A stretch of DNA of 36,160 nucleotides, taken from contig JAOPZY010000062.1 in the NCBI GenBank assembly GCA_025963875.1, forward strand, positions 1 to 36,160. Direction: 5' to 3'. The stretch is from Actinomycetota bacterium. Lineage in GTDB: Bacteria > Actinomycetota > CADDZG01 > JAHWKV01 > JAOPZY01. The number at the start of each line of letters is the position of its first letter. Position 1 is the first letter of the stretch. This document shows positions 11,565 to 20,636 of the stretch, piece by piece. Made by a program: the position numbers and the translations under genes. Under the pieces are notes generated by a model. The model was not told the origin of the DNA and made no database searches. It saw only the letters and a program-made list of their open reading frames with translations.

Positions 11565-12556
11565 TACGCCTGTTCGGTGCCGAGGTGCGCCGCCTCACGG
11601 CCCGCCGCATGTTCCGCTACCTGCTGCTGGTGGGTCTTGCCGTCCTGGTCTTCCTCGGCGTCCTGCAGGCGATCCACTCCAGCCGCGACATCCCCGCAGC
11701 TCAGGCCCGGGCTCGCCGCCAGGCCCAAGCCGACGCGGCGCGCTTCTCCGTGGCGCCGCCGGAGGCGGTGGCGCGATGCAAGACTGGCCTGCCTGCCGGC
11801 GCCCCACCGGATGCCTGCACCTTCCACGGCCCCACCGCGGATGAGCTCTACCAGCAGATCTACCAGGACCAGCGCTACTCGTTCGCCCAGCACGCCCCCA
11901 ACGTCGTCGTCGGCCTCGTGGTTGCCGTCAGCCTGCTCGGTTTTGTCATCGGGACCAGCTTCATCGGTGCCGAGTGGGCGTCGGGGACGATGGCGTCGCT
12001 GCTGACCTGGGAGCCGCGGAGGATCCGCGTGCTCCTCGCCAAGCTGGCTGCCCCCATCGTGGTGCTCGTCGTCGTCGGGGCGGTGGCCGTCGCCCTCGGC
12101 CTGGCCGGCTCCTGGCTGATCGCCGCGATCCGGGGCACGACAGCCGACACCACCAGTCACGCGGTCAACCTGATGATCGCCCGCGGGGCCCGGGGCCTGC
12201 TGCTGATCGGGCTGCTCACGGGGGCCGGCTGTGCGATCGCCGGTTTCACCCGCCACACCGTGGCGGCCGTGGTCGCCACGGTGGCCTACCTGGTGATCGT
12301 CGAGAATATCCTCCGCCACCTCGAGCCCGGTTGGGAACGCTGGTTCCTGACGTCGAACGCCGCAGCGGTCCTCACCGGGAAGTTCCGGCTCTTCCTCCCG
12401 CCGACGGGCGGATTCGGCTCCGCGACCCTCCAACGCTCTTTCGTATTGCACGCGAGCCGGGGACTCATCTACCTCACGGCGCTCCTGGCGGCCCTCGTCG
12501 GCATCTGGGCGTTCACCTTCACCCAGCGGGACATCGACGAAGGCGGCGGCCGCTGA
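11561..12556 (+). CDS. ABC-2 type exporter permease
   Basis: GTGA overlap with the ATPase, about 6 hydrophobic segments, GAEWASGT...LTWEPRR motif, C-terminal QRDI. Confidence 0.9.
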   Translation: MIRLFGAEVRRLTARRMFRYLLLVGLAVLVFLGVLQAIHSSRDIPAAQARARRQAQADAARFSVAPPEAVARCKTGLPAGAPPDACTFHGPTADELYQQIYQDQRYSFAQHAPNVVVGLVVAVSLLGFVIGTSFIGAEWASGTMASLLTWEPRRIRVLLAKLAAPIVVLVVVGAVAVALGLAGSWLIAAIRGTTADTTSHAVNLMIARGARGLLLIGLLTGAGCAIAGFTRHTVAAVVATVAYLVIVENILRHLEPGWERWFLTSNAAAVLTGKFRLFLPPTGGFGSATLQRSFVLHASRGLIYLTALLAALVGIWAFTFTQRDIDEGGGR

Positions 12557-12602
12557 AGTTCGGAAGAAAACGCGTGCATACACGCGAAAAGTTCCGATCT
12601 TC
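12555..12602. repeat. Imperfect palindrome between convergent genes (family copy 2; may act as terminator)
   Basis: GAAG-T-TCGGAA-GAAAA-CGCGTG-[CATA]-CACGCG-AAAAG-TTCCGA-T-CTTC. Confidence 0.75.
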
Positions 12603-12629
12603 GTGCCAGCGTACGTCCCGCGGAGGCCG

Positions 12630-14186
12630 TTAGCGCAGCGGCAATTCCCGCACGGGGGCCAGTTCGTCGTCCTCCTCGTGCTCCGGCAGCCACGGCCCCC
12701 GCTCCTCCTCGGGCAGCAGGCTCGTGAGGCCCGCCAGGCGGGCGATCTCGGCCCGCACCAGGGTCTCCCGCTCGATGAGGGCCTCGGCGACGGCGCCGAG
12801 GCGGTCCTTGTTGTCCGCCAGGATGCTCCGGCCCGCCTGCTCCGCCCGGGTGATGAGGGCCTTGGCCTCCCGCTCGGGCGTGCGGTCCTGGCCGGAGTCC
12901 CGACCTGCGTCCTGCCCGCCGTGGTCCCGGCTCTCGTCCTTCTCCTCGGACATCCCCCAGCGGTTCACCATGCGCCTGGCGAGGTCCCAGGCCTGCTCCA
13001 GGTCGTCCTCGGCCCGCGTGCTGGGCTCGCCGAAGGTGTTCTTCTCGGCTGCCCGCCCGGCCAGCAGCACCATGAGCTGGCTCATGAGCTCCCGGCGGGT
13101 CATGACCTCGCTGTCGTCGTTGGCCGACCAGTTCGACCGCCCCAGGCCCCCCATCCTGCCGATGATCGACACCCGGGCCACCGGCCGGATGCCCCGCAGC
13201 AGCAGGGACAGGATCGCGTGGCCGGCCTCGTGGTAGGCGATGAGGCGCTTCTGGTCGTCGCTGATGACGCGGTTGGATCTGGCGCCGTTGGACACGCGGT
13301 CCACCGCCTCCTCGACCTCCTCGGCGCTGATGGTTCCGCGCTGGCGGCGGGCGGCGAGGAACGACGCCTCGTTGATGATGTTGGCAAGCTCCGCCCCGGT
13401 GAGGCCCGGCGTACGGTGGGCCACCGACATCCAGTCGATCCGGCCGGCGAAGGGCCGCCGGGAGGCGTGCAGACGCAGGATGGCCAGGCGTCCGTTCACG
13501 TCGGGCTTGTCGACATGCATCCGCCGGTCGAACCGCCCGGGCCGCATCAGGGCGGGGTCGATGAGCTCCGGCCGGTTCGTGGCGCCGATGAGCACGACCC
13601 CCTCCGACATGGCGAAGCCGTCGAGCTCGACGAGGAGCTGGTTGAGGGTGTGGTCGAACTCCCGGTCGCCACCGACGTCCGCGCTGCGGCGCCGGCCGAC
13701 GGCGTCGAGCTCGTCGATGAAGACGATCGACGGCGTGTTCTTCTTGGCCTCCTCGAAGAGCTGGCGCACCCGGGCGGCCCCGATGCCAACGTAGACCTCG
13801 ACGAAGCTGGAGGCCGAGACCGAGTAGAAAGGCACCCCCGTCTCGCCGGCGAGTGCCCGGGCGAGGAGGGTCTTGCCGCTGCCGGGGGGGCCGAAGAGCA
13901 GCATGCCGCGGGGGAGCTGGGCCCCGAGCGCTTTGAAGCGGTCCGGGTTGGTGAGGTAGTCCTTGACCTCCTTGAGCTCGGCGACGACCTCGTCCAGCCC
14001 GGCGACGTCGGCGAAGGTGACCGTCGGCTGGTCGGAGGTGAGCTGGACCCTCTGGGGGGTGAACGAGGTCAACTTGTGCTTCATCTGCTGCTTGGACGTT
14101 CGCAACGCCACCAGGGAGCCGCCGATGATCACCACCGCGGCTATGAGGAACAGAGGGTTCATGAGGATACCTAGCCAGTGCGGCAC
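12630..14186 (-). CDS. FtsH-like AAA+ zinc metalloprotease (short paralog)
   Basis: TFADVAG, GPPGSGKT, IVFIDELDAVG, ATNRPELIDPALMRPGRFDR, HEAGH zinc motif; one N-terminal hydrophobic segment. Confidence 0.92.
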   Translation of the reverse strand: MPHWLGILMNPLFLIAAVVIIGGSLVALRTSKQQMKHKLTSFTPQRVQLTSDQPTVTFADVAGLDEVVAELKEVKDYLTNPDRFKALGAQLPRGMLLFGPPGSGKTLLARALAGETGVPFYSVSASSFVEVYVGIGAARVRQLFEEAKKNTPSIVFIDELDAVGRRRSADVGGDREFDHTLNQLLVELDGFAMSEGVVLIGATNRPELIDPALMRPGRFDRRMHVDKPDVNGRLAILRLHASRRPFAGRIDWMSVAHRTPGLTGAELANIINEASFLAARRQRGTISAEEVEEAVDRVSNGARSNRVISDDQKRLIAYHEAGHAILSLLLRGIRPVARVSIIGRMGGLGRSNWSANDDSEVMTRRELMSQLMVLLAGRAAEKNTFGEPSTRAEDDLEQAWDLARRMVNRWGMSEEKDESRDHGGQDAGRDSGQDRTPEREAKALITRAEQAGRSILADNKDRLGAVAEALIERETLVRAEIARLAGLTSLLPEEERGPWLPEHEEDDELAPVRELPLR

Positions 14187-14216
14187 GCTCTTGCTCCTTT
14201 TTCCTTCTAGCTCTGA

Positions 14217-14480
14217 TTAGTGTTTGTCAGCCTTGTTCAGGCTGTCCGCCCGCTTCAGCAGGCTGGGGAGGACGGAGAAGATTTCCTTCATCGTGCGCTT
14301 GCGGGCCGGCGCCGCCATCGGGAGGCCGCCCTGCTGCTCGACGGTCTGGACCAGCGTCGTGGCGTGTTCCACCGCGGCGGCCATGGCTTTGAGGTTCCGG
14401 GCGATGACCAGGAACAGGACCATGAGGATCGTGAGGAACAGCGCCAGCAGGCCGAGGCCAAGGATGAGGATCATGTTCAT
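14217..14480 (-). CDS. Small single-pass membrane protein of unknown function
   Basis: 87 aa with a strongly hydrophobic N-terminal helix; lies between a predicted promoter and the ftsH-like gene. Confidence 0.7.
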   Translation of the reverse strand: MNMILILGLGLLALFLTILMVLFLVIARNLKAMAAAVEHATTLVQTVEQQGGLPMAAPARKRTMKEIFSVLPSLLKRADSLNKADKH

Positions 14481-14535
14481 GCGTGTGTCCCGCTGACAAG
14501 ATCCGTTAAGAAGTGCTTCGGATCGTGGTGCGGGT

Positions 14536-14565
14536 ACGATATACCGCTTCCCAAAGGTCAGTCAA
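14536..14565 (-). promoter_or_regulatory. Sigma-70/SigA-type promoter for the small membrane protein and ftsH-like gene
   Basis: The minus strand reads TTGACT-N18-TATCGT. Confidence 0.6.
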
Positions 14566-14596
14566 AGCCGGAATGCCCGGATTTGGCAGGCCGGCC

Positions 14597-15304
14597 TCAG
14601 TGGCCAGGCGAGCCGCTGGTGGCGGTCGCGGTCACCGACGGCGACGGCCCCGCCGTGAAGTGCTGGCTCCGGAAGGTCTGGATGGCCTTGTTGATGTCGG
14701 GCAGCACGCTGGCGTAACGGGCCGCCGTGGTCTCGAAGGTCACCTCCTCGAGCTTGGCCCCGTTGAAGAGGTAGTAGTCGGCGTCCTGGAGGACCACCGG
14801 TACCCCGCTCGAGGAGTCCGTGAATGTGTAGACATAACGGACGTAGGGGACGCCGCGGATGGTGCCGAAGGTCGGCCCCTCCCTGATCGTCACATCGGGT
14901 CCGTGCTTGTTCACGATGACCTTGAGCTGGTTGACGACGGTGTCGGTCCGCACCTGGTCGGCAGGCATCTCCTGCGGGAACCGCTGCGCCTGCACCCGGA
15001 TGCCCACGCCGCTGCCCTCCGCCTGGAACCGCACCGTGGAGCTCGTGAGCGCCTGCGCCTTCGCAGTCCAGCTGGTGGGGATGGTGATCGTCCACCCGAA
15101 GACGGGATCCCCCTCGGTCACCGTCCTGTTGCCGATGAACGGCACGTGGACGACGCCGGTTGCGACCAGGACGCCGAGGACCACCACGACGGCCACGAGC
15201 GCGGCCAGGATGATCAACTTGACGTTGCGGCGCTTCGGTTCGGGCTCCGGCAGGCCGGTGGTCCCCCAGGGGGGGCCTCCGCCTTCAGTGGCCCTGATTG
15301 ACAA
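14597..15304 (-). CDS. Membrane-anchored protein, possibly PsbP/DcrB-like extracytoplasmic fold
   Basis: 3' part of ORF 14597..15559: basic patch KRRNVK, a transmembrane helix, WTITIPTSW and ...INKAIQTFR. Start uncertain; TTG 15304 behind AGAGG was chosen. Confidence 0.7.
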   Translation of the reverse strand: MSIRATEGGGPPWGTTGLPEPEPKRRNVKLIILAALVAVVVVLGVLVATGVVHVPFIGNRTVTEGDPVFGWTITIPTSWTAKAQALTSSTVRFQAEGSGVGIRVQAQRFPQEMPADQVRTDTVVNQLKVIVNKHGPDVTIREGPTFGTIRGVPYVRYVYTFTDSSSGVPVVLQDADYYLFNGAKLEEVTFETTAARYASVLPDINKAIQTFRSQHFTAGPSPSVTATATSGSPGH

Positions 15305-15965
15305 CCTGTGCCTCTGCGACGAGCGAGTACTTGGCGACCTTCGCTCCCTGCTCCTGGAGCAGGATGGTGAACGAGGTGGTGCCGCCGGGTGGGATCGTGC
15401 TCCCGTCGGACACGTCGTGCGCGGCCCCCACGACGTTGCCGCCCTTGTCGTAGAAGGTGGCCACCACGTTGGCGAAGGTGACGGGCGTCGAGCTCGAATT
15501 CGAAACCGTGCCCGTGACCTCGTAGTCCGATCCGAGGGGCTGGCCCGCCTTGGACGCAACCTGCACTGTCGTGTACTGCATCTGCACCGACGGGTCTGCC
15601 TTCACGGTGGCGCTGACCTTGGCGACGTCGTGCGTTCCGCCGGTGTACGGGATGGAGAAGGGTGCCTTGGCCCCGGCGGGGAGGATCTTGAGGAGGGCGA
15701 AGCCGAACTGGTCCCCGATGGCGTGACCCGCCTTGTCGGTCAGCGAGACGTCGACCTGCACGCCCTCGATCGGCGAGTTCGAGGCGTTGCGGACCTCGCC
15801 CACGACCACCGGCCCGATCGAGGTCGGGAGGGTGTTGACCGAGACCACGGAGATCCGCTTGTCTGCGTTGTGAATGTTCTTCTCAACGGCCGCCGCCCCA
15901 CTCGAGCACGAGGCCGCGACCAGCATCCCCACCAGGAGCAGGGCTACCCGGGTGCGCGCTTGCAT
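15285..15965 (-). CDS. Lipoprotein with two FxLYD-like domains
   Basis: Signal peptide with lipobox-like VAAS-C; repeated units VVGEVRN...VSLTDKAG and VTGTVSN...VATFYDKGGNVVG. Confidence 0.8.
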   Translation of the reverse strand: MQARTRVALLLVGMLVAASCSSGAAAVEKNIHNADKRISVVSVNTLPTSIGPVVVGEVRNASNSPIEGVQVDVSLTDKAGHAIGDQFGFALLKILPAGAKAPFSIPYTGGTHDVAKVSATVKADPSVQMQYTTVQVASKAGQPLGSDYEVTGTVSNSSSTPVTFANVVATFYDKGGNVVGAAHDVSDGSTIPPGGTTSFTILLQEQGAKVAKYSLVAEAQVVNQGH

Positions 15966-15987
15966 TGTCCTGTACTACCGGCCCCTT

Positions 15988-16464
15988 CTAGTTCGATGAC
16001 TCCCGGCGATCTCGCATCCCCCGCACCGCCGTGGAGATCTCTTCGGCGTCCAGCACATCGGCCATGAGGCCCACCTGGTCGTCCCAGGTGTCGGCCGGTA
16101 TCCAGGACCTGATTTCCTCTTCCAAAATATGGTAGACGTCGAGACCCAACTGGGCCTCTGCCAATGGACCTGCGTACGTCGGGTCCCCGATGATCACGGT
16201 CTCCGCCGAGATCTCTGCGCTCTCCCCATCCGGGGCTCCGAGCAGCACCAGCAGCTTGTCCTTGCCGTGCTGGTTGACCAACCGGAGGATCGCTTCCTGG
16301 GTTCCCAGGTCCATGGCTCCCGACGCCGTTCAGACGAAGCACTCGGTGGCCGTGAACACCACATCGCTGCCGGCTGCCTTGGCGCACGCTGCGATGGCGG
16401 GGCCCGCCACGCCGTCGCGTTCGCCGAGGGCGATCACGAACTTGCCGTCGAACACTGGAGACAT
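15988..16464 (-). CDS. grdA: Glycine/sarcosine/betaine reductase selenoprotein A (158 aa, Sec at codon 45)
   Basis: From ATG 16464 (purine-rich AAAGGGGG upstream): [27 protein letters not shown]...ATECFV-TGA(16332-16330)-TASGAMDL..., continuing in frame into ORF 15988..16314 ([17 protein letters not shown]). Has the GrdA CxxU motif. Confidence 0.95.
16296..16309 (-). promoter_or_regulatory. Candidate bacterial SECIS hairpin of grdA
   Basis: CCTGG-GAAC-CCAGG begins 20 nt after the UGA; the loop starts with G. Confidence 0.6.
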
Positions 16465-16513
16465 CACCCCCTTTAAGGAAATCGGTCGTCCCTGTCGCGG
16501 CTCCATCAAGGAT

Positions 16514-17941
16514 CTACGAACCCTGATTTCGCTCGAGCAGGACGCTCATACCGTCGGATGCCTGTGTCATCCTCCCCAGAAACAGGCTTCCCTTTGCAAT
16601 CATATGCACTCGGGTCGCGTCGCCGCTGGTCAGCCGGCGCACCGCGTGCGGAAGGTAGCACAGCGCCGAGGCGAGGTGGCCCTGCGTGGGAGCGAAGCCG
16701 GGCATGCCCCGCTCGGCCATGAACTGCGGGATCGCCTCCCGGCCGATGTCCCCCCGCCGCGCGGCGAGGGCGGCCAGGGTCTTGTAGTTGCGCTCGGGAA
16801 CATTGCCCGAGCCCTGGGGCTCGGTGATCTCGGGGTTGTGGAGCTCGGTGGCGTAGTCGTCGACGTCGAGCATGCTGAGGCCGAGCTCCTCGAGCGGCTG
16901 GACGCCGAGCGCCTCCATGATCAGCGGGTTGGACGAGCCCGCCTGCACCCGGTGGCGACCGACGCCGTCGAGGCGCATCACGGGCGAGGCACCGTCGTCG
17001 GTGGTCACCAGGGCGGCCGAACCGCCCACGACGTCCTCGAGGACCGGCAGGCCATGCTTCAGGTGGCCCTGGAACTTCATGCCCAGCTTGGGTAGGGATC
17101 CCCCGCCCACCACCGCGACGTTGCGGAAGACCCCCGAAGCGACCAGCGCGCCGGCGATCACGAGCGCCGGGACGGGCGCGGCGCAGAAGTTCTTCACATC
17201 GGCGCCGGATGCCTGGCCGAGCCCGGCCGCCTCGGCGATGGTCTTGCCCATGTTGCCGCCGCCGCGCTGGTAGCGGTCGCCGACGGCCTCCTCCGAGCAG
17301 GAGATGACGTAGTCGATGCTGTCGGGATCGATCCCGTGGTCGTCGATGAGGTGCAGCAGGGCGAGGGTGCCGGTGGCCTTGCAGGCGAGGTTCTCGAGCA
17401 GCACGCCGGCGGCGAGCGCGTCGTCGGAGTCGTGGGCGTGGCGGAAGCCCGCGGCCAGCCGGTCCCGCGCGACGTGCAGCGGCAGGGAGCCGTGCTCGGC
17501 GGCCACGGCCTCGGCGTCGCCCGAGGCGGCAGCCAGCCGGTCGAGGTTCAGCCTCTTGGCGAGGGGATGCCGGGCAAGACCGGCTGCGGCGAGCTCGGCC
17601 ACCTCGTAGTCGAGGGTGACGAGACCGAACTGGTCCAGGCAGGCCAGCAGGCCGAGGAACTCCTCCTCGGGCATGATCTCGCCGCCGGAGGTGAAGCGGC
17701 CGGCGGCCGGTCCCGCCCCGACCCAGGGACGCGCCGGCAGGTCGCGGGGGTGGAGGGCGCCGATGTAGGCCTGGTGGGGCAGGTAGGCGACTGCCTCGTC
17801 GAAGCTTCGCAGCGACCCGAGGAACTGTGCCAGCACCTCGGCGTTCCGGGGCAGCTCACGGCTCGGCTTCGAGCCGTGGCGGGCGAGGCCCGGCACGTGG
17901 GCCAGCACCTGGGCGGCGTGACTGACGACGGGGTTGCCCAT
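16514..17941 (-). CDS. grdC: Glycine/sarcosine/betaine reductase component C, FabH-like subunit
   Basis: [92 protein letters not shown]. Confidence 0.93.
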   Translation of the reverse strand: MGNPVVSHAAQVLAHVPGLARHGSKPSRELPRNAEVLAQFLGSLRSFDEAVAYLPHQAYIGALHPRDLPARPWVGAGPAAGRFTSGGEIMPEEEFLGLLACLDQFGLVTLDYEVAELAAAGLARHPLAKRLNLDRLAAASGDAEAVAAEHGSLPLHVARDRLAAGFRHAHDSDDALAAGVLLENLACKATGTLALLHLIDDHGIDPDSIDYVISCSEEAVGDRYQRGGGNMGKTIAEAAGLGQASGADVKNFCAAPVPALVIAGALVASGVFRNVAVVGGGSLPKLGMKFQGHLKHGLPVLEDVVGGSAALVTTDDGASPVMRLDGVGRHRVQAGSSNPLIMEALGVQPLEELGLSMLDVDDYATELHNPEITEPQGSGNVPERNYKTLAALAARRGDIGREAIPQFMAERGMPGFAPTQGHLASALCYLPHAVRRLTSGDATRVHMIAKGSLFLGRMTQASDGMSVLLERNQGS

Positions 17942-17949
17942 CTACGTTC

Positions 17950-19269
17950 TCACGCTGGTGCCGGCGCCACGAGCATCGGGTCGAAGATCGTCGGCTTGTG
18001 GACCTCGGTCGAGACCGCGACCAGCGCCGTCTCCAGCAGCCGGCGGCGCCAGGCCCGCTCGGCTTCGGGATCGAGGCTGGGGTCCCCGGCGGGGAAGGGG
18101 ATGCCCCGCGTCGGCACGATGCGCGGCGCGCCCACCCTCGCCGCGATGGGCACGAGGTTCACCAGCAGGGCGGTGGGGATCCCGGCCCGCTCCAGCTCCT
18201 TCGCAAGCGTTGACCCGCAACGCGTCCCGGTCCCTCACGTGGCGGTCAGGATCGCCGCCTGGACGCCGGCACGGCGAAGCTCCGCTGCCCACTCGACACC
18301 GAAATGCGTGGCGTCGGCAACGCCGGTCCCGTTGCCGGCGGTGACGAGGTAGTCCGGGTGCAGGGCCTTGATCTCCCCGGACGCCTCCATCTCCCGGGCG
18401 ACGTCGAGGGGCAGCAGGCGGTTGGGGTCGGCGTTGGCGACCACGGTCGAGAAGCCGCCGTGGACGGACTGGAACTCGCCGGCGGCCATGGTGTCCCGGC
18501 CGGTGAGGGGGTAGCGGAACCAGTGCTTGGCCCGGGCGGATTCGAGGCGGTCGGGGTTGCCGAAGGGCACGAGCGCCCCCTCGGTGAGGATCGCCACGAC
18601 GGCTTCCCGGGGGTCGGCGATGGGGGCCGCGGGGGCCACGTGGCCGAAGTCGGGGAGCTTGATCTCGGTCGTCTTGCCGCCGGCGAGCCGGGACAGCGCC
18701 AGCAGCACGGCGCGCTGCGCCGCCGTGAGGGGGGCCAGCGAGTTGCGCCGGGCGCCGGCAGATGCACCGCCGATGACGCCTTCCGCCTCGCCGGGCGTCC
18801 CGCCCTTGGCCAGGACCGCCGCGGCGGCGGCCATCTTCGTCAGGGCGTCGCCCATGTGCCGCGCCGCGTCGCCCGAGTTGACTGCGACCGCCGGGGCCAC
18901 CTCGGGCACCCCCGGGTTCGACGGGTCCATGGCGGCGAGCGCGGGGATGCCGGCCGCCGACGCCGCGGCCGCCACCCTGGCGCAGGCGATGCCGTAGCGG
19001 CCGCTCCCGAAGGCGGGGCCCGCGATCAGCAGTTCGGCGCCGGCCTCGGTGGCCAGGGCGAGGATCTCGGCGGGGGCGTTGCGCTCGGACGCCGCATAGT
19101 CGTCGCCGCAGTACACGGTGGCCACCAGTTCGTGGCCCTCCGCCGCCAGGGCTGCGGCGAGCTTGCGCCCGGGCCCGACGGCCCCCTCGCGCGATGCGGG
19201 CAGGGTGGACGCCTTGTCCTCCCCGCCGATGCCCGCGAAGAACTGGTTGATGTAGTGGACGACCTTCAT
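17950..19269 (-). CDS. grdB: Glycine/sarcosine/betaine reductase-family selenoprotein B (439 aa, Sec at codon 345)
   Basis: ATG 19269 MKVVHYINQFFAGIGGEDKA, GPAFGSGRYG, HGGF, DPNRLLPLD, then AAILTAT-TGA(18237-18235)-GTGTRCGSTLAKELERAGIP, continuing in frame into ORF 17950..18162 (VGAPRIVP...GDPSL). Confidence 0.95.
18207..18223 (-). promoter_or_regulatory. Candidate bacterial SECIS hairpin of grdB
   Basis: GCGTTG-CGGGT-CAACGC starts 11 nt after the UGA, the spacing known for the E. coli fdhF SECIS. Confidence 0.7.
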
Positions 19270-20561
19270 TCGCTCACCATGTCCGCTCCCGACGCTGTCA
19301 GCTTTCCCCATCCGAGCGGGCTCAACGCCGCGACGATGACCGCGGTGGGCACCTCCATCGCCGCCGAGGCGTCGACGTCGAGGAGGGCGAAGCGCTCGGC
19401 GCCGTAGGCCTTCTCCACCGCCGGGAGCTGGAGTCGCTCGTCGTAGTTGCCGGTCGAGACCATGGCCGTGGCGGTCGAGGGCGGGGAGACGAGCGGCGGC
19501 GCGTTCCCGTCGGGGCCGGACATTTCGGAGAAGAGCCCCACCCCCAAGATCCCGACCTCCTCCAGCGCATCCATCTTCAGCGAATTGTCGGAGTCGGCGT
19601 TGCCCCCGCCCTCCTTCGTGATGATGGCGGCGTCCCAGCCGAGGGCGGCGCACAGCCGGGCGGTATGGGCGGCGGTCAGCTCCTTCGCCGCCTGGTCGAC
19701 CGGCTCCGGCGACAGGATCAGCCCGGCGAACTCCAGCGTTGCCGTGTCGGCGGCGCGCAGGGCCGCGACGACCGGGTTGTTCTGGTGGACGTAGGTGGGA
19801 TTGCGGAGGGCCGGGTGCCCGTACTGGCCGCTCACGATCGCCCCGTCGTCGATTTCGCAGGCGTCGATCGCCACCGGCGGGGACCCCGCCAGGCTGTGGC
19901 CGTAGAAGAAGACGTCCTTGAAGGCGCCCTGCGTCTGCAGGTTGGTGATCGCCCCGACCCTCGGCAGCGGGCCCTGGCCGCTGCGGGGGCCGGGCGTCGC
20001 AATCTCTTCGACCTCGTCCGGCGGCGCGCCGGCCGCGGCAGTGGCGTCGGCGAGGCGGGCCGCCACCCTCAGCATCCCCCGGCGCAGGGCGGCGTCGACG
20101 TTCTCCCACGCGGCGCCCTCGGCGGGCTCGAACTCGACGACGAGGTTGTGGGTGAGGCCCAGCGGCGACAGCTCGGCGGCCGGGCCGGACATCTCGACCA
20201 GCGCCTCCTGCGCCCTGGGCAGGAAGCCGGCGGCCACGACGGCGGCGCCGCGCAGCACATGGGTCTCGCCCCGCCCCTGGACCTTGGCGGGGGAGACGAA
20301 GCCCGGGAAGGCGCCCCCTTTTGGACCCTTGGACCTGGGCTCGACCGCGTCGAGCACCTTGACGATGCGGGCGCTGTCGCCGGGCGACACCCAGCTCAAC
20401 CGCACCGAGGTGAGGGCCGGGTCGGCCACCAAGGCCTCGAGCTCGGGCCTCGACGCGCTGAGCGTGCCTGCCTCGAACCCCGTTGCGTCGCCGAAGCCGA
20501 CCGCCGTCACCCGGTGAATGAGGCGCCGGAGTGCAACAGGGCTGGGCACCATGGAAACCAT
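19266..20561 (-). CDS. grdE: Reductase component B proprotein-like subunit (GrdE/GrdG/GrdI family)
   Basis: 3' part of ORF 19266..20945 from ATG 20561 (or 20552): PGDSARIVKVLDAVEPRSK, GETHVLRG, VEMSGP, DGAIVSG, PTYVHQNNP, EGGGNADSD, AMVSTGN. ATGA overlap with grdB. Confidence 0.88.
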   Translation of the reverse strand: MVSMVPSPVALRRLIHRVTAVGFGDATGFEAGTLSASRPELEALVADPALTSVRLSWVSPGDSARIVKVLDAVEPRSKGPKGGAFPGFVSPAKVQGRGETHVLRGAAVVAAGFLPRAQEALVEMSGPAAELSPLGLTHNLVVEFEPAEGAAWENVDAALRRGMLRVAARLADATAAAGAPPDEVEEIATPGPRSGQGPLPRVGAITNLQTQGAFKDVFFYGHSLAGSPPVAIDACEIDDGAIVSGQYGHPALRNPTYVHQNNPVVAALRAADTATLEFAGLILSPEPVDQAAKELTAAHTARLCAALGWDAAIITKEGGGNADSDNSLKMDALEEVGILGVGLFSEMSGPDGNAPPLVSPPSTATAMVSTGNYDERLQLPAVEKAYGAERFALLDVDASAAMEVPTAVIVAALSPLGWGKLTASGADMVSE

Positions 20562-20628
20562 CTGGAAATGGTATCGCGCCGGACGCTTGGGCCGGATGTG
20601 CCGTTTCTCGGCGAGGCATGGGTAGACT
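20557..20628. promoter_or_regulatory. Divergent promoter region with two leaderless-type -10 boxes and a possible operator
   Basis: Minus-strand TACCAT (20573-20568) lies 6 nt before grdE ATG 20561; plus-strand TAGACT (20623-20628) lies 8 nt before ATG 20637. The dyad ACCAT-N6-ATGGT (20557-20572) overlaps the grd -10 and start codon. Confidence 0.5.
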
Positions 20629-20636
20629 GCGCGGCA

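Noticed and set aside
15988..19269. grdA and grdB as nonsense pseudogenes
   Set aside because: Both stops are TGA, fall exactly at the family Sec position, are followed by hairpins and intact downstream frames, and no other lesions are visible.
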